A stretch of DNA of 64,000 bases. Source: an uncultured Myxococcales bacterium (GTDB taxonomy: Bacteria; Myxococcota_A; Bradymonadia; UBA4248). The position numbers and the translations under genes are program-made. The notes beneath the pieces are model-generated. The model had not been told where the DNA came from. It made no database searches and worked only from the letters and a program-made list of their open reading frames with translations. The stretch is taken from contig CAYVQF010000021.1 of assembly GCA_964454015.1 (NCBI GenBank), positions 13,890 through 77,889 of the forward strand, read 5' to 3'. Positions 56,169-64,000 of this stretch are shown piece by piece. Position 1 is the first letter of the stretch; the number at the start of each line of letters is the position of its first letter.

Positions 56169-56237
56169 GGGCCCCATCCTTCATCGCCAGCGCTCCGCAA
56201 CGCCAGCCTCGTGGCTAGGCTTCAACGAGATTTCACC

Positions 56238-57305
56238 ATGCCCTCGCCCCAAGCCCACCCCTTCGCGCTCACCTCGCCTCAGGCAGAAGGCGTCGTTGGC
56301 GTCGTGTTGTGCGCCGGCTTCGGCACGCGCTTGCGCCCCCTGACGGAGCACTTCGCCAAGCCAGCTCTCCCCTTTCTCGGCCGGCCGCTGGCTCACTACG
56401 CCTTCGCCAACCTCGCCCGGGCAGGCATCAGCACCGTCGGCGCCAACTATCACCACCTACCCCACACCATGGACGCCGCGCTGCAGCCGCTGGCCCCGGC
56501 CCTCACCCTGACCAGCCACACCGAAGAGGGAGAGATCCTCGGCACCGGCGGTGGGCTGCGCGAACTTTGGCGCCGACTCGGCCCGGACAAGACGGTGGTC
56601 CTCTGTCATGGCGATGTGCTCCTGGGGGCCGAGCTCAGGCCCATCGTGGCCGCCCACCTGGCCTCGGGCGTCGACGTCACCTTGGTACTGAAAGTCCGCG
56701 AGCCCGGCATGGACCTGCGCGGGGTCTTCACTGACCAATCGGGGGCGGTGGTGCAGATCCTCAAGCACCAAGGTCCTCGTCTGGCGCCGCCCCTCATGGA
56801 GCACGCCTTTTCGGGCGTACACATCCTGTCGCCGCGGGTGCTCGAGCACATCGCCACCGCCGGACCAGACTGCCTGGTGACCCGGGTCTATCCGGCCCTG
56901 CTAGCCCAGGGGGCAGCCATTGGCGCCTACCTCACGACGGCCTTCTTCGCCGATCTCGGGACCCCAGCGCGTTACCTCAGCGCACAAGCCACAGTACTCG
57001 CCATGCCCTGGTGTCTCCCGGGCGTCGACAGCGCCACGGGCGTCGCTGGAGCCGCCCTGGGCGCAGGTGAGATCACGGGGATGGCGGGCGCGCACATGGA
57101 TGGCCCCGTTCATGTCGCCGGGCACCTGCACCTGGATGAAGACGTCGTCATCGGCCCCAACGTCGCCCTGAGTGGCCACATCCACCTGCAGCGCGGCTGC
57201 CACCTGGACCACTGCGCCGTGTGGGGGCAAGGCACGCTGCGGGGCACCCACCAGAACGCCCTGATCTACCTCAGCGGCGAGCAGGCCATCATCGCGCCTG
57301 CCTGA
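56238..57305 (+). CDS. Sugar-phosphate nucleotidyltransferase with a C-terminal left-handed beta-helix
   Basis: VVLCAGFGTRLRPLT matches G-x-G-T-R-L. Downstream hexapeptide repeats (HLHLDEDVVIGPNVALSGHIHLQRG). Start could be 56211. Confidence 0.65.
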   Translation: MPSPQAHPFALTSPQAEGVVGVVLCAGFGTRLRPLTEHFAKPALPFLGRPLAHYAFANLARAGISTVGANYHHLPHTMDAALQPLAPALTLTSHTEEGEILGTGGGLRELWRRLGPDKTVVLCHGDVLLGAELRPIVAAHLASGVDVTLVLKVREPGMDLRGVFTDQSGAVVQILKHQGPRLAPPLMEHAFSGVHILSPRVLEHIATAGPDCLVTRVYPALLAQGAAIGAYLTTAFFADLGTPARYLSAQATVLAMPWCLPGVDSATGVAGAALGAGEITGMAGAHMDGPVHVAGHLHLDEDVVIGPNVALSGHIHLQRGCHLDHCAVWGQGTLRGTHQNALIYLSGEQAIIAPA

Positions 57306-57469
57306 GCGGCCACGCCTGCTGCGCGACGATCACATCGATGGCAGCTCACAAGGCCAACCAATTTGCCGCTGCTCTTGTAGGCGGCCAGACAATCCGCTAT
57401 GAAGCCCTGCGTTGGGTTGGCTGCGCGTGTCACCACTGCGCAGCATCACTTGTAGCTGAAGGAGAACAC

Positions 57470-58324
57470 ATGAACTTTTCTCGAAAAAACAACGAAAGCC
57501 TCCGCCTGGCGCTCATGCTGGCCCTGGCGCTCTCGATCTTCGCCGTTGCCGCCTGTGACGACGAGACATCGGACCCCAAGCCCGCCGACACCCAGGACAC
57601 CTCGAACTCCGACTTGGTCGTTCCTGACGTCACGGAGCTCGACGGCAGCGAACCCGACGTCACCGAGCCTGACGTCACCGAGCCCGACGTCACCGAGCCC
57701 GACCTCACCGAGCCCGACCTCACGGACATCGCCGAGCCCGACGTCACGGACATCGCCGAGCCCGACGTCACGGACGTCGCCGAGCCCGACGTCATCGAGG
57801 TGCCCACCGAGGAGTGGATCGGCGCGAGCTGCGCGTGCGAAGGCAACGGCTGCGTGACCTTGGGCGTGCCCGTACCCAACGGCGGCACGATCGTCGGCTG
57901 CGACAACGTGCCCACGGACTTGACTGGCGCCGAGCTGGTGTGCTTGCGCACCTACGTCGGCGAGGGCGGCACCAAGACCTATTTCGCCAACGGTTACTGC
58001 TCGCTGATGTCGGTGGCCTGCACGGGCAGCGATGTGATCTGCACTCCGGCGACCATGGGGGATCACACGGCGATGACGCGCTGCCCCGCGGGTTCGGCGA
58101 TGGTGGAGTCGACCATCGACGTCAACGTGATCATTTTCGATGCGACCGTTTCGAACAAGACCTGCGCCCTGCGCTGCGAAAGTGACGCCGACTGTCGCTT
58201 GGGCGAGACGGATCCGGTGTTGAATGACGCGCCGTCCCAGTACGCTTGCGTCGACGGCGGCACAGCCAAGTTCTGCTATGATCCCAGGAACTTGCCTGCA
58301 GAGTACACAGTCACGCCGTTCTGA
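57470..58324 (+). CDS. Lipoprotein with an acidic (E/D)PDVT tandem-repeat linker and a C-terminal Cys-rich domain
   Basis: Lipobox FAVAAC. About 10 copies of EPDVT/EPDLT/DIAEPDVT. A C-terminal domain with about 12 Cys. Confidence 0.6.
   Translation: MNFSRKNNESLRLALMLALALSIFAVAACDDETSDPKPADTQDTSNSDLVVPDVTELDGSEPDVTEPDVTEPDVTEPDLTEPDLTDIAEPDVTDIAEPDVTDVAEPDVIEVPTEEWIGASCACEGNGCVTLGVPVPNGGTIVGCDNVPTDLTGAELVCLRTYVGEGGTKTYFANGYCSLMSVACTGSDVICTPATMGDHTAMTRCPAGSAMVESTIDVNVIIFDATVSNKTCALRCESDADCRLGETDPVLNDAPSQYACVDGGTAKFCYDPRNLPAEYTVTPF
57651..57800 (+). repeat. Tandem 15-nt/24-nt coding repeats (GAGCCCGACGTCACC family)
   Basis: Five consecutive 15-nt units, then three 24-nt units GAGCCCGACGTCACGGACATCGCC, with point variants. 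Confidence 0.85.
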
Positions 58325-58622
58325 GCTAGGTAGCGCCGGGTCACTTGCTTAGATCAAGAGGTGCTGGCGACATCCACCTTGCGTTGCGGCACAAGCTTGG
58401 GCACCGGGCTCCAACGCAGCCCACCGTTGCCGCAACGGCAAAGAGCAGCAGGGAGTGCCTGCGCAGCGTTGGGCCCCTGGCGCGCGCCGCTGAGAGCTCC
58501 ACGCTCCCCCGAGCCAGCGAGCGGCAGCGCCATGTACCTTGGAAGTAGCACCCAAGGCAGGCCTGTGGTAGTGCAAGGAGTTGCCACGCAGGCGCAGCGG
58601 CGCCAGCGTGCCTTTGGGTATC

Positions 58623-61451
58623 ATGGAGAAAGCGATGGGCGCACGCAGAATGAGCTTCGTCGATGAGAAGCGTTGGATCCTGGACCTGAGCGATCTGGTC
58701 GAGCGTGACGTCAAGCCCGCCCGCTTGCGTCAGTTGCGCATGCGCGTCGGCGGCAAGGCGCTCAACTTGGCACGGATGGCATCCCTGGGACTGGCCGTGC
58801 CCGACGCCTTCGTCATCACCACCGAGGCCTTTCGCTTTGGCTTGGATCGCATGCTGCGCCATGTACCCGACCTGCGGCACGCCGCGCAGACCCTGCGCAC
58901 GGCCCCGCTCCCACCCGCTCTTGCTCAGGCGTTGGCCGAAGCTTACGCCCAGCTAGGGCCCGACGCCACGGTGGCCGTTCGCTCCAGCGCCACCGATGAG
59001 GACGGCGAAGAGCGCTCCTTTGCGGGTCAACAGGCGACCTTTCTCAACGTGCGCGGGGCTGCCGCCGTCGATCAAGCCGTGCGCGACGTGTGGGCGAGTC
59101 TCTTTGGCGTCGAGTCGCTGCTGTACCGGGGCCGCTTGCGCCTGGATGAGCGGCCACCCGAGATGGCCGTGGTGGTGCAGCGTTTCGTGCGGGCTGAGGT
59201 CGCAGGCGTGCTGTTCACCACCAATCCCCTAGACAGTGAGGCCGACGAGGCCATGATCTGTTCGGCCTACGGTATCGGCGAGAGCGTGGTCGCTGGCCAC
59301 GCCGCCGACACCTTCTACATTCACCGCAAGCGGCGCACCATTCGGCGGGCCGTACGCCCCAAGACCTCGAAGTTCGAGGCTGCCGACCGCGTGGGTCTGA
59401 AGCTGGTGAGCCTCCCGGAAGACTTGGCCGAGGCGCCCAGCTTGAGCGAGGCGCGGGTGCAACACCTCCTCGACTTGGGACTCTCTTTGGAGCGCTATTT
59501 TGGTGAGGCCCAGGACATCGAGTTCGCCTTCGCCCCCGAGAGCGGGGCGCTCTCGGCGGGCCAGGCAGAAGATGGTCTCTACGTCTTGCAGGCCCGCACC
59601 ATTACCGGCCGCCGCGAGGCCTCACTGGTGCCGGGTCCAACGAGCACCCTCTATTCCAACGCCAACGTCGGCGAGGCGTTGCCTGGGGTCGGGACACCCA
59701 TCACCTGGTCGATCATCCGCGGCTACACGCGCCGCGGCTTCGACAGCGCCTTTGGCGCCCTCGGTTTGCGCGTGCCGCGGGAATACGCCATGGTCGCCTC
59801 CTTTCGCGGCCGTGTCTATTTGAACATCTCCGAGTTCGTCTCGGTGGCGTCACAGATTCCCCTGCTCACCGGCGAGACCTTGGCGCGCCTTGGCGGCGTC
59901 CTGAATGCCACCGGTCTTGAAGGCACCTACACCCGGATGCGCCCGGGCGCCTTTTTGCGCCGCCTCCCCATGACCTTGCCCCGGCTGGCCATGAGTCAGT
60001 TCGTGACGCCCCTCCGCGCCGCCTGGTGGTCGCGCCGTTTCGTCCACCGCCGGGATCACATCCTGCAGCGGGATTTGGGCAAGCTCGAGAAGCACGCCCT
60101 CCTGGACCTCGCCCATGAGATCGACGCCATTTTTCATCAGACAGGCGAGCTGATGCTGTCTTGTGCGGCGAACTTCCTCATGAGTTACGCCGTTGTCAGC
60201 CGCGCCCTCGAGGTCGTGGGTGGCGCTGAGGCCGCCCGAGAGGAGACGGAGCTCTTCAGCGGCCTGACCCGGGTACGCAGCGCCGCACCAGGTCTGGAGC
60301 TTCTGGCCCTGGCGGCCTACATCCGTGCGCGGCCTCTGTTGCGCGCGCGCTTTGGCCAGGGATGTTGCCAGGATCTGCAGGACAAAGACTGCGGTGAGGC
60401 CCTCCTGGCCACCTTGCGCGAGAGCGCCGAAGGGCGAGAGTTCCTCAAACGCCTCGACGCCTTCCTCGCCCGTTGGGGCCTGCGTGCCTTGCGCGAAGCA
60501 GACATCGCCACGCCGCGCTGGCGCGAAGATCCGAGCTTTCTCCTCGGCGTCTTACAGCGCCACGTCAGCGCCGAGCACCTCCCGCACCCCGAGAGCATCG
60601 AAGCCGAGCAGGCACGCCAGCGCGCCCAGGCGACCCACTTCATTCGCCGCCACTTCTTTCCCGGCCTCGGCGTGGTCTTTCGCTCGCTCTTGGCCTGGTC
60701 ACAGGCCTATGCCCGTCTGCGCGAGGAGTGGCGCGCCAATGTGGTCGACAGCATCGCCCTCTACCGGCATTTCTTCCTGGAGATTGGCCGGCGCCTGGTT
60801 GACCACAACCTCCTCTGTGAGCAAGAGGACGTCTTCTTCCTCACTTACCCTGAAATCGTCGCCTGGCTCGAAGGCGGCGGCGAGCTGGTCCACGCGGCCC
60901 GCCGCTGGGTCGCCTTCAGGCGCGCGCAGTATGACGCCTTCGTCGAGAGCCCGGATCCACCGGACACCTTCCTTTTGACCCACGCCCAGGAAGTCCAAGA
61001 CGTCGCGCCACCTGCCATCGAGGGAGACAACCTCTATGGTCTCCCGGGCTCGCCCGGCGTGGTCAGCGGCAGAGCGCGGGTCATCGAGTCCCTCCAGGGC
61101 GCCCACATCCCGATCCAGACCGGGGAGATTCTCGTCACCACCTTCACCGACGTCGGCTGGACCCCTCTGTTCTTGCTCGCCGCAGCGGTCGTCACCGAGC
61201 GTGGCGGTCCCTTGTCACACTCCTGTGTCGTCGCCCGCGAGTACGGCATCCCCGCGGTAGCCGGCGTCACGGGGGTCATGCAGCGGGTGGCCAACGGGGA
61301 TCTCATCACCGTCGATGGGAAGGCGGGCCGCGTGGTCATTCACCGCGACGCGAGTGGCACGGCGGCCCACCCCGACGCGCCAGGCCACTCACCCGAGCCC
61401 GTTATCGGCGAGAATGGCACGCACATCCACAAAGGGCACGTCGTCGTCTGA
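58623..61451 (+). CDS. PEP-utilising-domain phosphotransferase of the rifampicin-phosphotransferase (RPH)/PEP synthase-like family
   Basis: N-terminal PPDK-N ATP-grasp region (RVGGKALNLARM..., VAVRSSATDEDGEERSFAGQQATFLNV). C-terminal swivel phospho-His domain GGPLSHSCVVAREYGIPAVAGV. No C-terminal TIM-barrel PEP/pyruvate domain. Start is uncertain (TTG 58581, ATG 58623 or 58635). Confidence 0.65.
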   Translation: MEKAMGARRMSFVDEKRWILDLSDLVERDVKPARLRQLRMRVGGKALNLARMASLGLAVPDAFVITTEAFRFGLDRMLRHVPDLRHAAQTLRTAPLPPALAQALAEAYAQLGPDATVAVRSSATDEDGEERSFAGQQATFLNVRGAAAVDQAVRDVWASLFGVESLLYRGRLRLDERPPEMAVVVQRFVRAEVAGVLFTTNPLDSEADEAMICSAYGIGESVVAGHAADTFYIHRKRRTIRRAVRPKTSKFEAADRVGLKLVSLPEDLAEAPSLSEARVQHLLDLGLSLERYFGEAQDIEFAFAPESGALSAGQAEDGLYVLQARTITGRREASLVPGPTSTLYSNANVGEALPGVGTPITWSIIRGYTRRGFDSAFGALGLRVPREYAMVASFRGRVYLNISEFVSVASQIPLLTGETLARLGGVLNATGLEGTYTRMRPGAFLRRLPMTLPRLAMSQFVTPLRAAWWSRRFVHRRDHILQRDLGKLEKHALLDLAHEIDAIFHQTGELMLSCAANFLMSYAVVSRALEVVGGAEAAREETELFSGLTRVRSAAPGLELLALAAYIRARPLLRARFGQGCCQDLQDKDCGEALLATLRESAEGREFLKRLDAFLARWGLRALREADIATPRWREDPSFLLGVLQRHVSAEHLPHPESIEAEQARQRAQATHFIRRHFFPGLGVVFRSLLAWSQAYARLREEWRANVVDSIALYRHFFLEIGRRLVDHNLLCEQEDVFFLTYPEIVAWLEGGGELVHAARRWVAFRRAQYDAFVESPDPPDTFLLTHAQEVQDVAPPAIEGDNLYGLPGSPGVVSGRARVIESLQGAHIPIQTGEILVTTFTDVGWTPLFLLAAAVVTERGGPLSHSCVVAREYGIPAVAGVTGVMQRVANGDLITVDGKAGRVVIHRDASGTAAHPDAPGHSPEPVIGENGTHIHKGHVVV

Positions 61452-62087
61452 GAAGGGCAACCCTTGGGCGGCAACCCGGCGCATGGCCCGGTCGAAGTGT
61501 GCATCGACCCGATCCGCGCTGGGACACATCCGGTAGTAGGCCCATCCGGTAAAGAGCCGCCTGATCCCACCCCAGGTCGGCATCTCCTTGCGCAGCCAAT
61601 AGGAGATGCACAGGTCCATGGTGTAGCCCCGGACCTCGGTCCAAGTACGCCAGGGCGCAGGCCACGGCGCCAAGGCCAGCAGGAAGAGCAAGAAGAGCCA
61701 GCCCCACGGGGTCCACCACGCGCTCACGGCGCCGAGCGCTCCCAGGACGGCGAGTTGGGGCATCAGGTACCCGAGGGAGAAGCGCCAGCGCGACTGTTTG
61801 GCGTCCCACAAGTGCACATACTCGTGGGCGAGAGTCTGCCAGGCCATGCGCGGGTATTTCTGCACATCCGCCCGAGTCGGGAAGTAGACCCGCGGGTAAA
61901 TGGCCGTGGTATAGTCCCGCATATAGCCCGCGACAAAAGGTCGCAGCAGCCAGCCCAAGAGGCGCTGCTGCCGCGACTCATCCTTGTAGTGAATGGCAAA
62001 GCCAGGAATCCGCTCGGCCATCCTCTCACAAAGCGCTGCCAATATCTGTTCGTCGACGCTCTCGACGCCTTGCACCACACGTTGCAT
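61389..62087 (-). CDS. Hypothetical membrane-associated protein with an HExxH motif (possible zinc metallopeptidase-like)
   Basis: HEYVHLWD, then a hydrophobic helix LAVLGALGAVSAWWTPWGWLFLLFLLALA. Its 3' end overlaps the convergent RPH-like gene by about 63 nt. Confidence 0.35.
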   Translation of the reverse strand: MQRVVQGVESVDEQILAALCERMAERIPGFAIHYKDESRQQRLLGWLLRPFVAGYMRDYTTAIYPRVYFPTRADVQKYPRMAWQTLAHEYVHLWDAKQSRWRFSLGYLMPQLAVLGALGAVSAWWTPWGWLFLLFLLALAPWPAPWRTWTEVRGYTMDLCISYWLRKEMPTWGGIRRLFTGWAYYRMCPSADRVDAHFDRAMRRVAAQGLPFSDDDVPFVDVRAILADNGLG

Positions 62088-62099
62088 GATCGCGACTCA

Positions 62100-63509
62100 T
62101 CAGCGCGTTCGCGCCGCGAACTCTCCCGTAATGGAGTAACGCGGCTTGCCGCTCTCGGAACCCTGCTGCGGTACTGCACCCTGGATCTGTTGGCGCAATA
62201 GCTGCCGCCGACAATCGGCGACGCGCGCCTCCAGCGCTTCCGACAGCGACACCACGTCGACAGGCAAGACCATATGCTTGTCGACGCCACAAAAATTGAC
62301 GGCCGCTTCGAGCATCTGGCCGTTGAGCTTGGCAGAGATCAGCAGCCGCTGGCTCGCTGGCATGTCGCGCAGCGCGTGCAGGACCCGGCTCTGCACGATG
62401 ACGTGCAGATCGCCAAAGAGCACCAACCACGGCGGCTGCACCTCGCCCGCGAGCAGGGCTTTGGCCTCGCGCGCCGCATCGTCGCGCGAGATCTCGATGA
62501 TGTCATAGTGGGAGGCCACCGTCCGCACGCGCTCGATGAAGACCTGATCCACCGCGGGATCACCCGAGAGGATCCAGATGCTCGGGTTCTCGCTGACGCC
62601 GCCGCCGTGACTCTCAGGGGCCGCAACCGCTCCCATACGGCCGCTGCTGTGGCGACGTTGAATGCCAGCGAAGGTGTCCGTGATGTCCACCGCCGCTACC
62701 GCCGTGTCGAAGGCATCCAGAAACTCCAAGGCGGTGTGATATCGCCGCTCCGGCTCTGGCGCCCAGGCCACAGCGACCGTCTCTACCAGACGCTCCCACA
62801 GATCCCGCGCGCTATCACTCAGCTCTTCTGCCCGGTAGCTGCACTCCCTCACCTGGCCAAAGAGGCACACACGCAAGACCATGCCAAGGGCATAGAGGTC
62901 AGAACGCACGGTCGGCGGCTCAGCAGCGAGCAGCTCGGGCGCCAAAAAGGGCAGGCGCTCCGCCTCCGCTGACAGCGCGCGGAGCCAGTGTGCCGGGTGC
63001 AGCGCCTGCTCGAGGCCATAATCGATGAGCGTCGCGTGTTCCGTGACGGCGTCATGCTCGGCCAACAAGATCGTGTGGGGCGAGATCTGCCGGTGCATCA
63101 GCCCGTTGCGGTGCCCCTCTGCCAAGGCGCCGAGGAGCTGTCGCGCCAGGTTGAGCACCCGCGCTGGCGCCAAGCGCCCCTCGCGCCGCAGGTGCTCGTG
63201 CAGCGTGTCCCCCAGGATGTACTCCATGACCACATAGGGGCCATGCACCCCGCCGATGTCGGCGGCGCCAGCGTCGATGACCGTACAGTTGTGCGGATGT
63301 TGCAAGCTCGACAGCGCGACAATCTCATTCTGAAAGCGTTGGGTCGCTTCGGTGATCTGGGTGGCCAGGAGGCGGATGACCACATAACGTCCCAGGTTGA
63401 CCTGACGGGCCAAGTAGGACGTGAAGAGCGTATTGCCGCCAAGGCGCTCCAGAATTTCGTACTCTTTGAGGTTGAGGTCGTCGAACTTCATCTTGGCCCT
63501 GATCACCAC
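62100..63509 (-). CDS. Degenerate protein-kinase-like (pseudokinase) domain fused to a receiver-like C-terminal domain
   Basis: Kinase-like fold with degraded catalytic motifs. The Gly loop is LGGNTLFTSY, HRQISPHT replaces HRDLKPxN, and DYG replaces DFG. The C-terminal 130 aa resemble a CheY-like domain (IWILSGDP...LVLFGDLHV). Confidence 0.5.
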   Translation of the reverse strand: MVIRAKMKFDDLNLKEYEILERLGGNTLFTSYLARQVNLGRYVVIRLLATQITEATQRFQNEIVALSSLQHPHNCTVIDAGAADIGGVHGPYVVMEYILGDTLHEHLRREGRLAPARVLNLARQLLGALAEGHRNGLMHRQISPHTILLAEHDAVTEHATLIDYGLEQALHPAHWLRALSAEAERLPFLAPELLAAEPPTVRSDLYALGMVLRVCLFGQVRECSYRAEELSDSARDLWERLVETVAVAWAPEPERRYHTALEFLDAFDTAVAAVDITDTFAGIQRRHSSGRMGAVAAPESHGGGVSENPSIWILSGDPAVDQVFIERVRTVASHYDIIEISRDDAAREAKALLAGEVQPPWLVLFGDLHVIVQSRVLHALRDMPASQRLLISAKLNGQMLEAAVNFCGVDKHMVLPVDVVSLSEALEARVADCRRQLLRQQIQGAVPQQGSESGKPRYSITGEFAARTR

Positions 63510-63624
63510 GCCGGAGTATCAGCCTCGAGGCCATCGGCCCCGGCAAAACCGGTGCATTGTCTGTTTTGCCACGGGAAACGCAATGTCTATTTTCCCCTCT
63601 GTTGCGAAAAATCAGCCTCGCCGC

Positions 63625-64000
63625 CTACTCCGACGCATCGAAGTAGAGGTTCAAGTGCCGCCCGTCGGAGACCATCGCCCGCTTGGGTTCACTGAACTTC
63701 TTCAAGTCGACGAAATAGACCCGGACCGTGTGGTTGCCGTTGTCGACCTTGAAACGGGTCAAGGGGGTCTTGGAGGCCACCAGCTTCCCATCGATATAGA
63801 CCTGGCCGCTGGGGTTGGAGTTGACCGTGAGGAAACCCGCACCATCGACCACCTCGGCCACCGGGTCTTCTTTGCTCTCCAACGGTGGCGGGGCGGCGCT
63901 GGCCATCTGCACGGGAGCAGCGCTCGTCGGCGCGGCGCTCGCCTTGTTGGTGGCCCCCGAGAGATCGACCACCAAAATCCGCGCCTCTCCCTTCTGCAGC
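63625..64000 (-). CDS. PEGA-domain protein; 5' end lies outside the window
   Basis: C-terminal PEGA signature GQVYIDGKLVASKTPLTRFKVDNGNHTVRVY. The ORF runs to the window edge. Confidence 0.5.
   Translation of the reverse strand, partial: LQKGEARILVVDLSGATNKASAAPTSAAPVQMASAAPPPLESKEDPVAEVVDGAGFLTVNSNPSGQVYIDGKLVASKTPLTRFKVDNGNHTVRVYFVDLKKFSEPKRAMVSDGRHLNLYFDASE

Noticed and set aside
57651-57800. Short direct repeats that could be mistaken for a CRISPR array
   Set aside because: The units are contiguous with no spacers. They are in-frame within a lipoprotein gene and encode an acidic peptide repeat. There are no cas genes.
63098-63442. Several 60-115-aa ORFs overlapping the pseudokinase gene on both strands
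   Set aside because: They are nested within a longer, motif-bearing ORF and are compositionally biased. They are treated as noise.

Overview
High-GC bacterial chromosomal window. The myxococcus-type cysteine-rich repeats, PEGA domains and many Ser/Thr kinases suggest Myxococcota. The core is the conserved translation/transcription block tRNA-Thr/Tyr/Gly/Thr-tuf-tRNA-Trp-secE-nusG-rplK-rplA-rplJ-rplL-(GNAT insertion)-rpoB-rpoC. Other housekeeping genes are dnaX-ybaB-recR, rsmG, aat, ileS, valS, fabH and gsk. The window also has accessory-looking loci: a Rex-LuxE-LuxC-like operon, a zinc-ribbon/histone-fold-like protein, a tandem dual-kinase membrane protein, a pseudokinase-receiver protein, a DnaD/DnaI-like helicase-loader pair, an RPH-like PEP-utilising phosphotransferase homolog, and a Cys-rich-repeat metzincin. 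The most striking sequence-level signal is an in-frame A10 run (A_AAA_AAG heptamer) inside dnaX, positioned exactly where a -1 shift hits an immediate stop, as in the E. coli tau/gamma frameshift. No CRISPR array, rRNA or clear mobile element was seen. All calls come from reading motifs in the supplied translations, and gene starts are approximate.
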